From contig JAIRZS010000345.1 of the NCBI GenBank assembly GCA_031267115.1, positions 1-35,922 on the forward strand: DNA of 35,922 nucleotides. The letters are read 5' to 3'. Positions 1 to 8,246 of the stretch are shown here, piece by piece. This stretch comes from Treponema sp. (lineage in GTDB: Bacteria > Spirochaetota > Spirochaetia > Treponematales > Breznakiellaceae). Made by a program: the position numbers and the translations under genes. The notes under the pieces were generated by a model. That model was not told the origin of the DNA, did no database searches, and saw only the letters and a program-made list of their open reading frames with translations. Each line of letters opens with the position of its first letter. The first letter of the stretch is position 1.

Positions 1-1187
1 GCCTTTGCCGGATCTTTGAGGCGCCATTCCGCATCTATCATTCTGACGAGCATCGCCTTTCTCCAGCCTTCTTTCGCGGCGTGGTCCAGAAGAGATTTCC
101 CCTTTTCCAATTCAGCGCCGCCCGCCGGCGTCCCCGTGCCGCAAACGGGGTATGCCGGGGCAAGCGTTTCTCCCCGGCATACCTTCCACCAGCGGAGGGC
201 GAGCCGCTCGGCGTCGCAGCGGTACTTTCCAAGGGCTTCCAGGGGAGAGGCGGCGATTTCGGCCAGGGCCGCCATAAGCCGGGCCAGGCCGTAAATGTCC
301 CTGACGTTATGCTCGCAGATGCCGTGCAGGGCCCCGGTTTTTCCGGTTTTAAGAAAGTCAAACCAGATGTCCGGCGCTTCGGAACCGGGGGTGTCGCCCG
401 AACGGTCCAGGCCAAGTACGGCGGTCTCGATGGACGCCTGCGAGCAGGAGGGAAGCACCCGTTTCCAGAGCCGACGCGCCGGGTGGAGCAGGTCCGCGTG
501 GCAGTATTCGGGAGGGGCAATCGCGTTCATCAGGCAGCGCGTCCTGAGGATCTGGGAGTCGAAGGTCTTTCCGTTGTAGGTAACGACAAGCGGAGGCTGC
601 CGCAGCGCCGCCGGGTTTCCCCCCGGTATTTCCAACGCGCCGCCGGCGCCGAATTCCTTAAGCGCCGCCTCAAGAAAACCGCCTTCCCCGGGGTAGTCGA
701 GGAGGAGGTACTGGCTTACCCGGAGCGTGTAAGGCACCGGGCCGGCGGGGGCGGCCGGGACAAAGCGCCCGAATGCAGCGAGAAAAGCCACAGTCCCCGC
801 GCCGCTTGAAAGGCCGGTTGTTTCAAGATCGAAAAAACAAAGGGATTCGGGGCCGGCTTCCCCCCGGATAGCGGGATCAGCCAGGTATCTGGAAAAGTCC
901 GGAGCCACTATACCCAGGCTGCGGGGGAAAAGCGGGGGCAGCGCGCAGGGGAAATCCAGCGTAACAGTCCGCCTGGCCGCAAGAAAGCCGGCGCTTTCCC
1001 AGCCGGGGAGCGTCCCCGGCGAATCGTCCGCTATGGGCGCTGCTTCCCCGGAAAAGCCTTGCGCGGGGGCCTTGCCGGCCCGGGCCGTAAGGGCGGCGTT
1101 TTCCTGCGCGGCGGGGGCGCCCCCGGCTTTTTTCCGCCCTTCTATCTCCCGTATCAAAAGCAGCCTGTTCCGCAGATTGCCCTTCAT
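1..1187 (-). CDS. mrfB: YprB/MrfB-like DEDD (RNase H-fold) 3'-5' exonuclease; C-terminal part lies beyond the left window edge
   Basis: Absent from the ORF track because it has no stop inside the window. Hand translation of the minus strand from ATG 1187 stays open to position 3 (about 395 codons): MKGNLRNRLLLIREIEGRKK...ESLCFFDLETTGLSSG...PPLVVTYNGKTFDSQILRTRC...GICEHNVRDIYGLARL. FFDLETTG (DxE), NGKTFD and H-x3-D are the three exonuclease motifs of DEDD-type nucleases of the YprB/COG3359 kind. The frame was checked at two independent places (D120 at 830-828; QPPLVVTYNGKTFD at 599-558). Its ATG overlaps the helicase stop (ATGA, 1187-1184). Confidence 0.75.
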   Translation of the reverse strand, partial: MKGNLRNRLLLIREIEGRKKAGGAPAAQENAALTARAGKAPAQGFSGEAAPIADDSPGTLPGWESAGFLAARRTVTLDFPCALPPLFPRSLGIVAPDFSRYLADPAIRGEAGPESLCFFDLETTGLSSGAGTVAFLAAFGRFVPAAPAGPVPYTLRVSQYLLLDYPGEGGFLEAALKEFGAGGALEIPGGNPAALRQPPLVVTYNGKTFDSQILRTRCLMNAIAPPEYCHADLLHPARRLWKRVLPSCSQASIETAVLGLDRSGDTPGSEAPDIWFDFLKTGKTGALHGICEHNVRDIYGLARLMAALAEIAASPLEALGKYRCDAERLALRWWKVCRGETLAPAYPVCGTGTPAGGAELEKGKSLLDHAAKEGWRKAMLVRMIDAEWRLKDPAK

Positions 1188-3544
1188 CCAGCCTCCGCCC
1201 GTCCTGCCAGCGCGCCGAGAAACGCCGCGGTCCCCGCCTTGTTGCCGCCGGGGCCTACACAGGAGGGGCAGCCCTCTTTGCAGGGGCAGCCCGCAACCGC
1301 CCGGTAGGCGGTGCGGAAGATCTCACTTATCCTGCCGGCAAGGGATTCGGAAAGCCCGGTCCCGCCGGGGTATCTGTCGTAGATAAAGAGTACGGGGACG
1401 CCGAAATGGGGGTCCCGTACCCGTTCCGCTATGCCAAGATCGCGGGGATCGCAGAGCAGGAATATGGGCGCGATCAGTTTGAGCAGGGTCCCCGCCCCGC
1501 CCAGCACGGAACCGGGATCTTCCGCGGCAAGGGAGCCGAGCATCTTTCCGCCCGCCGTTTCGGGGCCGAAACACAGGGCCAGGGAACGGGTCTGCATTTC
1601 TTCTTCCGGAAGGGTTATATCCCCGTAGCCGATATTTTCATGGGTATGAAAGCGTATCTTCTTGAATTTGGCAACCTGGCTGCGTACCAGCGCGTCGCAG
1701 AGAACTGCCTGCGCGGCGGCCCCGCCTTCTTCCCCGGAGGCCTGACGCGCCGGAGGTACAGTTATTTCCTCGTCTTCGGCAAGCACCTTGATATCCGTTT
1801 TTACAAGCCCGTCGGTAAAGTAATTTACCTCGGCCTCCCGGACCAGGCAGGTGCGGTTTTCAATATCCAGGTCCTCGACAAGGTACTGCCTGCCCCGGTG
1901 GATATAAACCGCGTTTTTAAAGATAAGCTCCTTGGCGCTCGGCCGGTCCATCTCGCCAATAACCGTGCGCCTGCCCCCGGTCACATCGACGATTACCACA
2001 TTGTCCGCCGTAGCCGATCTCAGGCTGATCCCCTCCGCCGGGAAGGAACGTTCGGCCCAGTGCCATTTACCCGCCGTGTGGCGCACAATCCCCGCTTCCT
2101 CAAGGTAGGACAGGACCTCCTCCGCCTGCTCCCCGAAAGGCTCGGGGAAAGAGGCGGTATCGTCCCTGAAAGGCAGCTCGAAACAACCGCATTTGACATG
2201 ATCGGCCAGAATATAGGGATTGTCGGGATCAAGCCTCCCCTCCTCGGCGCTCTTGCGGAAAAACCATTCCGGATTTTTCATGATAAACTGGTCCAGGGGC
2301 GAGGAAGACGCCACAAAGACCGATACCGATATCCCGCCCCTCCTCCCGGCCCGGCCCGACTGCTGCCAGAATGAGTTAAAAGAGCCGGGAAACCCCGCCA
2401 CGACCGACGCGTCAAGGCCGCCTATGTCTATACCCAGTTCAAGCGCGTTTGTAGACACAACGCCGTGTATGCTTCCCTCCCGCAGGCCCCGCTCAATTTC
2501 CCGCCTCTCGTTGGGGAGGAACCCTCCCCGGTAGGCCTCCACCCTGATGCGGGAATTGCCGGTAAAAATATTCGCGAGTTCCCCGTTTACATAGGAGGCG
2601 GCTACCTCTGTTTTTACCCGCGAATGGGCAAAGAGGATGGTTTTAATGCCGGCCTTTAAAAAGGCGATCATCCAGCGGCGGCTTTCGGTGACCACGCTGC
2701 GGCGTATGCCCTGGACAGCGTCCACCAGCGGCGGGTTGTAAAGGATAATACGCTTTTCGCCGCGCGGGGCGCCGTTCCGGTCAACCAAAAGCGCCGGGCC
2801 GCCGATAAGGGTTTCCGCCAGTTCCCTGGGGTTGGCGATGGTGGCGGAACAGAGGATAAAGACCGGGCTGGACCCGTAAAAAGCGGCGACGCGCCTGAGC
2901 CGCCGTATCACGTTCGCCACATGGCTCCCGAAAACGCCGCGGTAGGCGTGGGCCTCATCAACCACCACGTACTTCAGGTTCGAGAAAAATTTGATCCACC
3001 GGGGATGGTTCGGCAGCACCCCTGCGTGCAGCATATCCGGGTTTGTGATGATGATGCGCCCCGAATCCCTTGCCGCGACGCGCAGGCTGTCGGGAGTGTC
3101 GCCGTCATAGGTCATCACTTTTATATTAAAGGAGGCGAGCAGGGAGCCTTGGGGATCCGCCCGGCCGGTCAGTTCGTTCAGCTCCGACTGCTGGTCCTGG
3201 GACAGGGCCTTGGTGGGGAAAAGGTAGAGGGCGCGGGCCTTTTCGTCAAGGAGCAGTGCCTGGAGCGCGGGGAGGTTGTAACAGAGGGTCTTGCCGGAGG
3301 CCGTGGGGGTTACCACAACCACATTATTCCCGGCCCGCACAGCGTCCCATACTTCCCTCTGGTGGGAATAAATCGCGCCGATCCCCCGGCTTTCAAGGGC
3401 GCTGCGTATCCTTTTGTCAAGATCGTCCGGAAAGGGCAAAAAGACCCCCTCGCGCGCGGGAAGAAGCCTGTCTTCCACGATATTGTCCGCGAAAGCCGGA
3501 TCTTTCAGTATCTGTTCCAGCGCCTCTCTCTGATTCATGCTCAT
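1184..3544 (-). CDS. mrfA: DEAD/DEAH-box (superfamily 2) helicase with C-terminal four-Cys DUF1998/MZB domain, YprA/MrfA-like
   Basis: 793-aa tracked ORF. Walker A VVVTPTASGKTLCY, DEAH-type box VVVDEAH, motif III CSAT, motif VI QQSGRAGRRG. C-terminal GCPCKEGCPSCVGPGG cysteine cluster is typical of DUF1998. The tracked start at 3565 is TTG; the first ATGs are at 3544 and 3538, and I chose 3544. No strong SD at any of them, so the start is uncertain by about 10 codons. Confidence 0.88.
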   Translation of the reverse strand: MSMNQREALEQILKDPAFADNIVEDRLLPAREGVFLPFPDDLDKRIRSALESRGIGAIYSHQREVWDAVRAGNNVVVVTPTASGKTLCYNLPALQALLLDEKARALYLFPTKALSQDQQSELNELTGRADPQGSLLASFNIKVMTYDGDTPDSLRVAARDSGRIIITNPDMLHAGVLPNHPRWIKFFSNLKYVVVDEAHAYRGVFGSHVANVIRRLRRVAAFYGSSPVFILCSATIANPRELAETLIGGPALLVDRNGAPRGEKRIILYNPPLVDAVQGIRRSVVTESRRWMIAFLKAGIKTILFAHSRVKTEVAASYVNGELANIFTGNSRIRVEAYRGGFLPNERREIERGLREGSIHGVVSTNALELGIDIGGLDASVVAGFPGSFNSFWQQSGRAGRRGGISVSVFVASSSPLDQFIMKNPEWFFRKSAEEGRLDPDNPYILADHVKCGCFELPFRDDTASFPEPFGEQAEEVLSYLEEAGIVRHTAGKWHWAERSFPAEGISLRSATADNVVIVDVTGGRRTVIGEMDRPSAKELIFKNAVYIHRGRQYLVEDLDIENRTCLVREAEVNYFTDGLVKTDIKVLAEDEEITVPPARQASGEEGGAAAQAVLCDALVRSQVAKFKKIRFHTHENIGYGDITLPEEEMQTRSLALCFGPETAGGKMLGSLAAEDPGSVLGGAGTLLKLIAPIFLLCDPRDLGIAERVRDPHFGVPVLFIYDRYPGGTGLSESLAGRISEIFRTAYRAVAGCPCKEGCPSCVGPGGNKAGTAAFLGALAGRAEAG

Positions 3545-3581
3545 TATCGTAACCAATTTCCACAAATATTGTAAGCGCGTT

Positions 3582-3610
3582 TTGACATCCCAATAATTCC
3601 GCTATATACT
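3582..3610 (+). promoter_or_regulatory. Sigma70-type promoter of glgC
   Basis: TTGACA (3582-3587), 17-nt spacer, TATACT (3605-3610). Predicted TSS is near 3617, followed by SD GGAGGA (3618-3623) and ATG 3631. Confidence 0.6.
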
Positions 3611-3630
3611 CTGGTATGGAGGACCTAAAC

Positions 3631-4902
3631 ATGGCCAAGGTACTGTCTATCGTGCTGGGTGGCGGCAAAGGCACCCGTTTATTCCCCTTAACCCAGGAAA
3701 GGGCAAAACCCGCGGTGCCTTTCGGGGGCAAATTCCGCCTGGTAGATATTCCTATCTCCAACTGTATCAACGCTAACCTCAGGCAGATATACATCCTGAC
3801 CCAGTTTAACTCGGCGTCGTTACACCTTCACCTTTCCCAGACCTATAATTTTGATATTTTTTCCAAAGGTTTTGTTGAAATTCTCGCCGCGGAGCAGACC
3901 TTTGAACATTCGGGCTGGTACGAGGGAACCGCCGACGCGGTAAGGAAGAACTTTATCCATTTCAGGACCCAGAATCCCGATTATTATATTATTCTATCCG
4001 GCGACCAGCTCTACCGTATGGATCTTCAGGATTTCCTGAAAAGGCACAAAGATTCCGGCGCGGCGATTACCATTGCCTGTACCGCTACGGGCAGGGAAGA
4101 CGCAAGCCAGCTTGGAATACTCAAGGCGAACAGAAAGGGCGAGATTACCGAATTCCTTGAAAAGCCGGGATCTGTCCGGGACATCTCGGATTTTAAAATT
4201 CCGTCCGAACTGAAAGCGGACAAGGCCAGGGGCGACGAGTACCTAGCCTCTATGGGCATTTATATCTTCAACGCCGAGGCTATGGAAAGCTGCCTGGCGA
4301 ACGAGTATACCGACTTCGGCAAAGAGATTATTCCCATGACGATCAATACCCTCAAGGTAAACGCCTATGTTTTTGAAGGCTATTGGGAAGATATCGGGAC
4401 TATCAAGAGCTTTTACGAGGCAAATTTGGACCTTACTTCCCTGCGCCCCAAATTCGATTTTTATGACGAGGAAAAACCGATTTATACCCACATGCGCAGC
4501 CTGCCCCCTTCCAAGATGAATTTCAGCAATATGAGCCAGTCCATTGCCGCGGAAGGCTGTATCATTACCAATGCGTCTATCACCAATTCAATTGTCGGGA
4601 TAAGGACCATTATCGAATCCGGGGCAAGCCTTAACGGGGTGGTGTGCATGGGGGCGGACTATTACGAGTCGGAGAAGCAGAAACAGCAGAACAGCGAAGC
4701 CCGCCTTCCCAATGTGGGGATTGGGCGGGGCACTATCGTCAAAGGGGCCATCATCGACAAGAACGCCTGCATAGGCGAGGGCTGCAGAATTGGCATCGAC
4801 GATCTGAACCGCACCGACGGCAACTATGGCCACTACTATATTATAGACGGGATCATCGTGATCCCGAAAAACGCGGTGCTGTACCCGGGAACGATAATTT
4901 AG
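3631..4902 (+). CDS. glgC: Glucose-1-phosphate adenylyltransferase
   Basis: N-terminus MAKVLSIVLGGGKGTRLFPLTQERAKPAVPFGGKFRLVDIPISNCINA is the canonical GlgC nucleotide-binding signature; a C-terminal left-handed beta-helix region is also present. The start was moved from the tracked 3616 to 3631. The SD GGAGGA lies 7 nt upstream of 3631, and the promoter above would place 3616 at or before the TSS. Confidence 0.95.
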   Translation: MAKVLSIVLGGGKGTRLFPLTQERAKPAVPFGGKFRLVDIPISNCINANLRQIYILTQFNSASLHLHLSQTYNFDIFSKGFVEILAAEQTFEHSGWYEGTADAVRKNFIHFRTQNPDYYIILSGDQLYRMDLQDFLKRHKDSGAAITIACTATGREDASQLGILKANRKGEITEFLEKPGSVRDISDFKIPSELKADKARGDEYLASMGIYIFNAEAMESCLANEYTDFGKEIIPMTINTLKVNAYVFEGYWEDIGTIKSFYEANLDLTSLRPKFDFYDEEKPIYTHMRSLPPSKMNFSNMSQSIAAEGCIITNASITNSIVGIRTIIESGASLNGVVCMGADYYESEKQKQQNSEARLPNVGIGRGTIVKGAIIDKNACIGEGCRIGIDDLNRTDGNYGHYYIIDGIIVIPKNAVLYPGTII

Positions 4903-4979
4903 CCGGAGATGCCAGGCGGTAAAAACCGGCAGCCTGCTGCTTGTATACGGGGTTTTCCCATTGGCGGAAAAATGCCCCC

Positions 4980-5088
4980 ATACGGAACGCGCAAGGGATT
5001 GGAGCGGTATCCTTTTTTGACGCAGGCAAAAAAGATACAAGCGTAAAGCCCGGTCCGCGGGCAGGCTGGCCCGCGGATGCGCCCGAAA
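4980..5088 (+). repeat. Structured intergenic repeat, copy A (most divergent copy), between convergent glgC and clpC
   Basis: ATACGGAACGCGCAAGGGATTGGAGCGG, hairpin 5008-5037, AGCCCGGTCCGCG, hairpin 5054-5077, ATGCGCCC. Shares these blocks with copies at 19899-20002 (same orientation) and 7966-8066 (inverted). Confidence 0.8.
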
Positions 5089-5125
5089 AGATTCTATACG
5101 TTTATCCCGGCATCCGGCCCCGCCT

Positions 5126-7684
5126 TCAAGTAATAACGGGTTCCGCTTTTTTTGGCTTTTCCGCCGGCTTGGGGTGCAGGGTAATTTCACCGTCCCGGCA
5201 GTCAACGATAAAGGCGGTCCCCATGGGGTAAGCCCCCTGCAGGATGAGCAGGGCAAGGGGATCTTCCAGTTCCTTCTGTACGGCCCGCCGCATGGGCCGG
5301 GCGCCGTATTTCGGGTCCCAGCCTTTTCCCGCAATCGCCTTTTTTGCCGAGGGGGAAAGCCGCACAAAGTACCCCCGCTCCGCGAGGCGCATCGAAAGCT
5401 CCTCCAGCTGGAGGTCCAGGATGGCCTCTATCTGATCTTCGTTGAGCGCGTGGAAAACCACCACTTCGTCCACCCGGTTGATAAATTCCGGGCTGAACTG
5501 CTTCCGCAATTCAGAAAAAGCCTCGTTCCTGATTTCCTCCACCGACATGATCCCCCTGCCGGAGGCAAAACCAAGACGGTTATCCCGGGAAATCTCCCGC
5601 ACGCCGGCATTGCTGGTCATAATAATAACGGTATTACGGAAATTCACCGTATGGCCCAGATTGTCCCTGAGTTCCCCCTCTTCCAAAACCTGGAGCAGCA
5701 AGTTGAACACATCGTGGTGGGCTTTTTCGATTTCATCAAACAGCACTACCCGGTAGGGGTTGCGGCGTATTTTTTCCGTCAGCACCCCCCCCTCCTCGTA
5801 GCCTATATAGCCCGGAGGCGCCCCCACAAGCCGGGATGCGTTGTGCTTTTCCATAAAGTCCGACATATCGATACGCACCAGGCTTTCTTCCGTGCCGAAC
5901 AGGTACGCGGCGAGCCGTTTTGCCAAGAGGGTCTTGCCTACCCCGGTGGGGCCCAGGAAAATAAAGGAACCCATAGGGCGCCTGGGCGAGGAGACCCCGG
6001 CCCGGGAACGCCTGATCGACGAGGAAACCTTTGCCACCGCGTCGTCCTGCCCTACCACCGCCTGGTGCAACTCTTCCTCTATCCGCAAAAGCCGGCGGGA
6101 TTCCTCTTCCTCGATATGGGTAAGCGGCATCCCGGTAGTCTCCGCCACAATCCTGCGTATATCCGCCTCGTCTACCATAACCGGCCTGTTTTTGGAACGG
6201 CATTCCCATGCTTCCCGGACCGTCGCAAGCCGCCCGCGCAGGCAGCGTACCCGGTCCCGTATTTCCGCGGCCCGCTTGTAATCCCGGGAAGAGGCCAGCG
6301 CAGTCTTCTCCGTCATAAACAGCCTGATCTCCGCCTCAATGCCGGCAAGCTCCGGGGGCTGGGTATCCGTTTCCAGTTTCCGCATGGCCCCCGCCTCGTC
6401 AAGAATATCAATAGCCTTGTCGGGCATGAACCGGCCCGAAATATAACGGTGGGCCAGGCCGGCCGCGGCGTCAAGGGCTTCCTGGGTGTACTTTACCCGG
6501 TGGTGCTCCTCGTATTTCTTCTGGATGCCCGTGAGAATTTTCCGGGTCTCCTCAAGGCTCGGCTCCTCCACAAGAATACCCTGGAAGCGGCGTTCCAGCG
6601 CGGCGTCCTTCTCAAAGTGTTTCCGGTATTCGGCAAGGGTAGTAGCGCCTATGCACTGTATCTCCCCGCGGGACAGGGCGGGCTTGAACATATTCGAGGC
6701 GTCTATAGTACCCTCCGCGCCCCCCGCGCCGATAATCGTGTGGATCTCGTCGATAAAGAGGATCACGTTTCCCGCGCGGGTTATCTCCCGCATGATTTTT
6801 TTAAGCCGTTCCTCGAATTCCCCCCGGTATTTGGTACCCGCCACCACGGAACCCATGTCCAGGGAAAGGATGCGCCGGCCCGCCAGGGCGTCGGGTATCT
6901 CGCTGCCCGCGAAAAGCTGGGCAAGGCCCTCGACAATGGCGGTCTTCCCGACGCCGGGCTCCCCGATTAATACCGGGTTGTTTTTGGTGCGCCGGGCAAG
7001 GATGCGCACGGCCCGCTCTATTTCCCTGCGCCGGCCGATCACCGGATCGAGCTTCCCCGCGCCGGCCAGAGCGGTAAGATCCCGCGAGTACTCGTCCAGG
7101 TTTGGCGTTGTTTTGGAAAAATTAGCCTGCCGCCCGCGGTTTTCCCGCGGCCGGGATTCCCCGCTTTTTAAATCGTTGGGATAGAACATAAAAGTCTGGT
7201 AGCCTTCCGCCGCGACAAATTCCTCTTCCCGTTTGGCGGAATCCCCGGGCTGGAAAGAAGTCTGCACAACTACCCGGACCATATCAATGTCCACGGTTCT
7301 CTGGGTAAGGTAGTTCTGAACAGGGGAGCCGGACTCCCGCATAGCCGCGAAGAGGAGGTGTTCGGTGCCGATATACTCGCTGCCCATGGCGCGGGCCTCT
7401 TCCGCGGCGTTTTCCAGCATAGTCCGCATTCTTTTGGAAGGGGGGACATCCCCGAATATAAGCGCCCCGGGCAGGCGCGGGATTTCATTTTCAATAGTGC
7501 GCCTGAAATCAGGCAGATCGATTCTCAAAAACTTGAGGGCTTTGCAGGCAATCCCGCTGCCGTCCTTGAGGAGCGCGACTACAGCGTGTTCCGGCAGGAG
7601 CTGGTCCGAATTGAAGCGCCGCGCTTCTTCCTGGGCGTCGATTGTCAATATCCGCTGCGCCCGCTGTGTTAATCCTCTGAACAA
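5126..7684 (-). CDS. clpC: ATP-dependent Clp protease ATP-binding subunit ClpC (two AAA+ modules, double Clp_N repeat, UVR-like motif)
   Basis: Walker A of D1 [15 protein letters not shown] and of D2 [16 protein letters not shown]-domain repeats [18 protein letters not shown] and [18 protein letters not shown]. Middle-domain UVR-like [19 protein letters not shown]. The tracked ORF extends to 7891, but the extra N-terminus is not Clp-like. TTG at 7684 is preceded by GGAGG (7695-7691) with a 6-nt spacer and gives (M)[12 protein letters not shown], the usual ClpC N-terminus. ATG 7714 is the alternative. Confidence 0.92.
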   Translation of the reverse strand: MFRGLTQRAQRILTIDAQEEARRFNSDQLLPEHAVVALLKDGSGIACKALKFLRIDLPDFRRTIENEIPRLPGALIFGDVPPSKRMRTMLENAAEEARAMGSEYIGTEHLLFAAMRESGSPVQNYLTQRTVDIDMVRVVVQTSFQPGDSAKREEEFVAAEGYQTFMFYPNDLKSGESRPRENRGRQANFSKTTPNLDEYSRDLTALAGAGKLDPVIGRRREIERAVRILARRTKNNPVLIGEPGVGKTAIVEGLAQLFAGSEIPDALAGRRILSLDMGSVVAGTKYRGEFEERLKKIMREITRAGNVILFIDEIHTIIGAGGAEGTIDASNMFKPALSRGEIQCIGATTLAEYRKHFEKDAALERRFQGILVEEPSLEETRKILTGIQKKYEEHHRVKYTQEALDAAAGLAHRYISGRFMPDKAIDILDEAGAMRKLETDTQPPELAGIEAEIRLFMTEKTALASSRDYKRAAEIRDRVRCLRGRLATVREAWECRSKNRPVMVDEADIRRIVAETTGMPLTHIEEEESRRLLRIEEELHQAVVGQDDAVAKVSSSIRRSRAGVSSPRRPMGSFIFLGPTGVGKTLLAKRLAAYLFGTEESLVRIDMSDFMEKHNASRLVGAPPGYIGYEEGGVLTEKIRRNPYRVVLFDEIEKAHHDVFNLLLQVLEEGELRDNLGHTVNFRNTVIIMTSNAGVREISRDNRLGFASGRGIMSVEEIRNEAFSELRKQFSPEFINRVDEVVVFHALNEDQIEAILDLQLEELSMRLAERGYFVRLSPSAKKAIAGKGWDPKYGARPMRRAVQKELEDPLALLILQGAYPMGTAFIVDCRDGEITLHPKPAEKPKKAEPVIT

Positions 7685-7810
7685 AGCAGCCCTCCGTTGT
7701 TTATAATATCGCATATCCGGGCGGAAAAACAAGGTATCGCGGGAATAGAAAAACAGAGGCGGGGTGTAACTATTCAGTCTGCATCTGCCAATAAATGCCA
7801 AGCGGGGGTA

Positions 7811-7922
7811 GCTCGAAAAAATGATAGTTTTTTCGAGCGGAGGGGGTCCAGACCCCCTCGTCCAACCGAATATGACAAAAAGTCTCAACAAGACTTTTTG
7901 CGGAGTGGGGGCTTTAGCCCCC
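7811..7922. other. Array of four different perfect hairpins in the clpC-prs spacer
   Basis: H1: GCTCGAAAAAA / TTTTTTCGAGC (7811-7821 / 7828-7838). H2: GAGGGGG / CCCCCTC (7840-7846 / 7853-7859). H3: CAAAAAGTCT / AGACTTTTTG (7876-7885 / 7891-7900). H4: GGGGGC / GCCCCC (7907-7912 / 7917-7922). Confidence 0.8.
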
Positions 7923-7965
7923 CGACTGGATAGTTACGTCAGGGGTTTCATATTTTAATCCGGAA

Positions 7966-8066
7966 TTTGGGCGCATCCGCGCGCCTGCGCCGCGCGGACC
8001 GGGCTATCCGCTCCAACAAAAAACCGCCGGTTTTTTGTTCCGCTTCTATCCCTTGCGCTTGCGTAT
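7966..8066 (-). repeat. Structured intergenic repeat, copy B (inverted orientation)
   Basis: The reverse complement reads ATACGCAAGCGCAAGGGATAGAAGCGG, hairpin, GGAGCGGATAGCCCGGTCCGCGCG, loop, CGCGCGGATGCGCCCAAA. Identical to copy C in blocks of 27, 32 and 19 nt; the differences are confined to the two hairpin centres (8015-8039 and 7976-7998). Confidence 0.85.
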
Positions 8067-8147
8067 CCCCTGCGCCTTTTCGCCGGCGCGGGAATTAGCT
8101 TCGTAATGTTAAATCATTTTATCGCGGAAATCATTCCCCGAGTTCTG

Positions 8148-8174
8148 TTCAAATCCCATGGTATTTTGTATAAT
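8148..8174 (+). promoter_or_regulatory. Possible promoter of prs
   Basis: TTCAAA (8148-8153), 15-nt spacer, TATAAT (8169-8174) with TG directly upstream. The spacer is short, so this is tentative. It would place the TSS near 8181, consistent with the ATG 8247 start rather than 8184. Confidence 0.35.
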
Positions 8175-8246
8175 TAGAGGTAAATGAGGCTCCTGCAAAA
8201 CCCGGCCGGGTTTTTTTACGGGGCGCAAATTCCGGAAGGGGCTATC

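Noticed and set aside
81-809. 242-aa plus-strand ORF (and the 38-520 minus-strand and 295-579 plus-strand ORFs) at the left end
   Set aside because: The translations are Arg/Gly/Pro/Ala-rich low-complexity with no motifs. They lie antisense or out of frame to the much longer open minus-strand frame that carries clear DEDD exonuclease motifs.
1-3565. Helicase + DUF1998 considered as a DISARM-like (DrmA/DrmB) defence module
   Set aside because: Here helicase and DUF1998 are fused in one protein and followed by a DEDD exonuclease, which is the YprA/YprB (MrfAB) housekeeping repair arrangement. No methyltransferase, PLD nuclease or other defence genes are adjacent inside the window.
4903-5125. 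ORFs 4941-5231 (+) and 4588-5367 (-) spanning the glgC-clpC spacer
   Set aside because: They overlap the ends of two well-supported convergent genes and the repeat element. The translations are non-protein-like.
5174-6970. 598-aa plus-strand ORF
   Set aside because: Entirely antisense to the unambiguous ClpC gene. Composition is typical of a GC-rich antisense frame (R, P, G, H rich) with no recognisable motifs.
7703-7732. TTGTTT-18-TATTAT as the clpC promoter (minus strand)
   Set aside because: The predicted TSS would fall on or inside the SD of the favoured TTG start, and the match is only moderate, so it is not reported as a feature. It would fit better if another start codon were used.
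7685-7891. N-terminal extension of ClpC to 7891, and the 78-aa plus-strand ORF 7697-7933
   Set aside because: The extension has no Clp similarity and runs through palindromic spacer DNA. A TTG with a well-spaced GGAGG gives the canonical ClpC N-terminus. The 78-aa ORF is built from the hairpin array.
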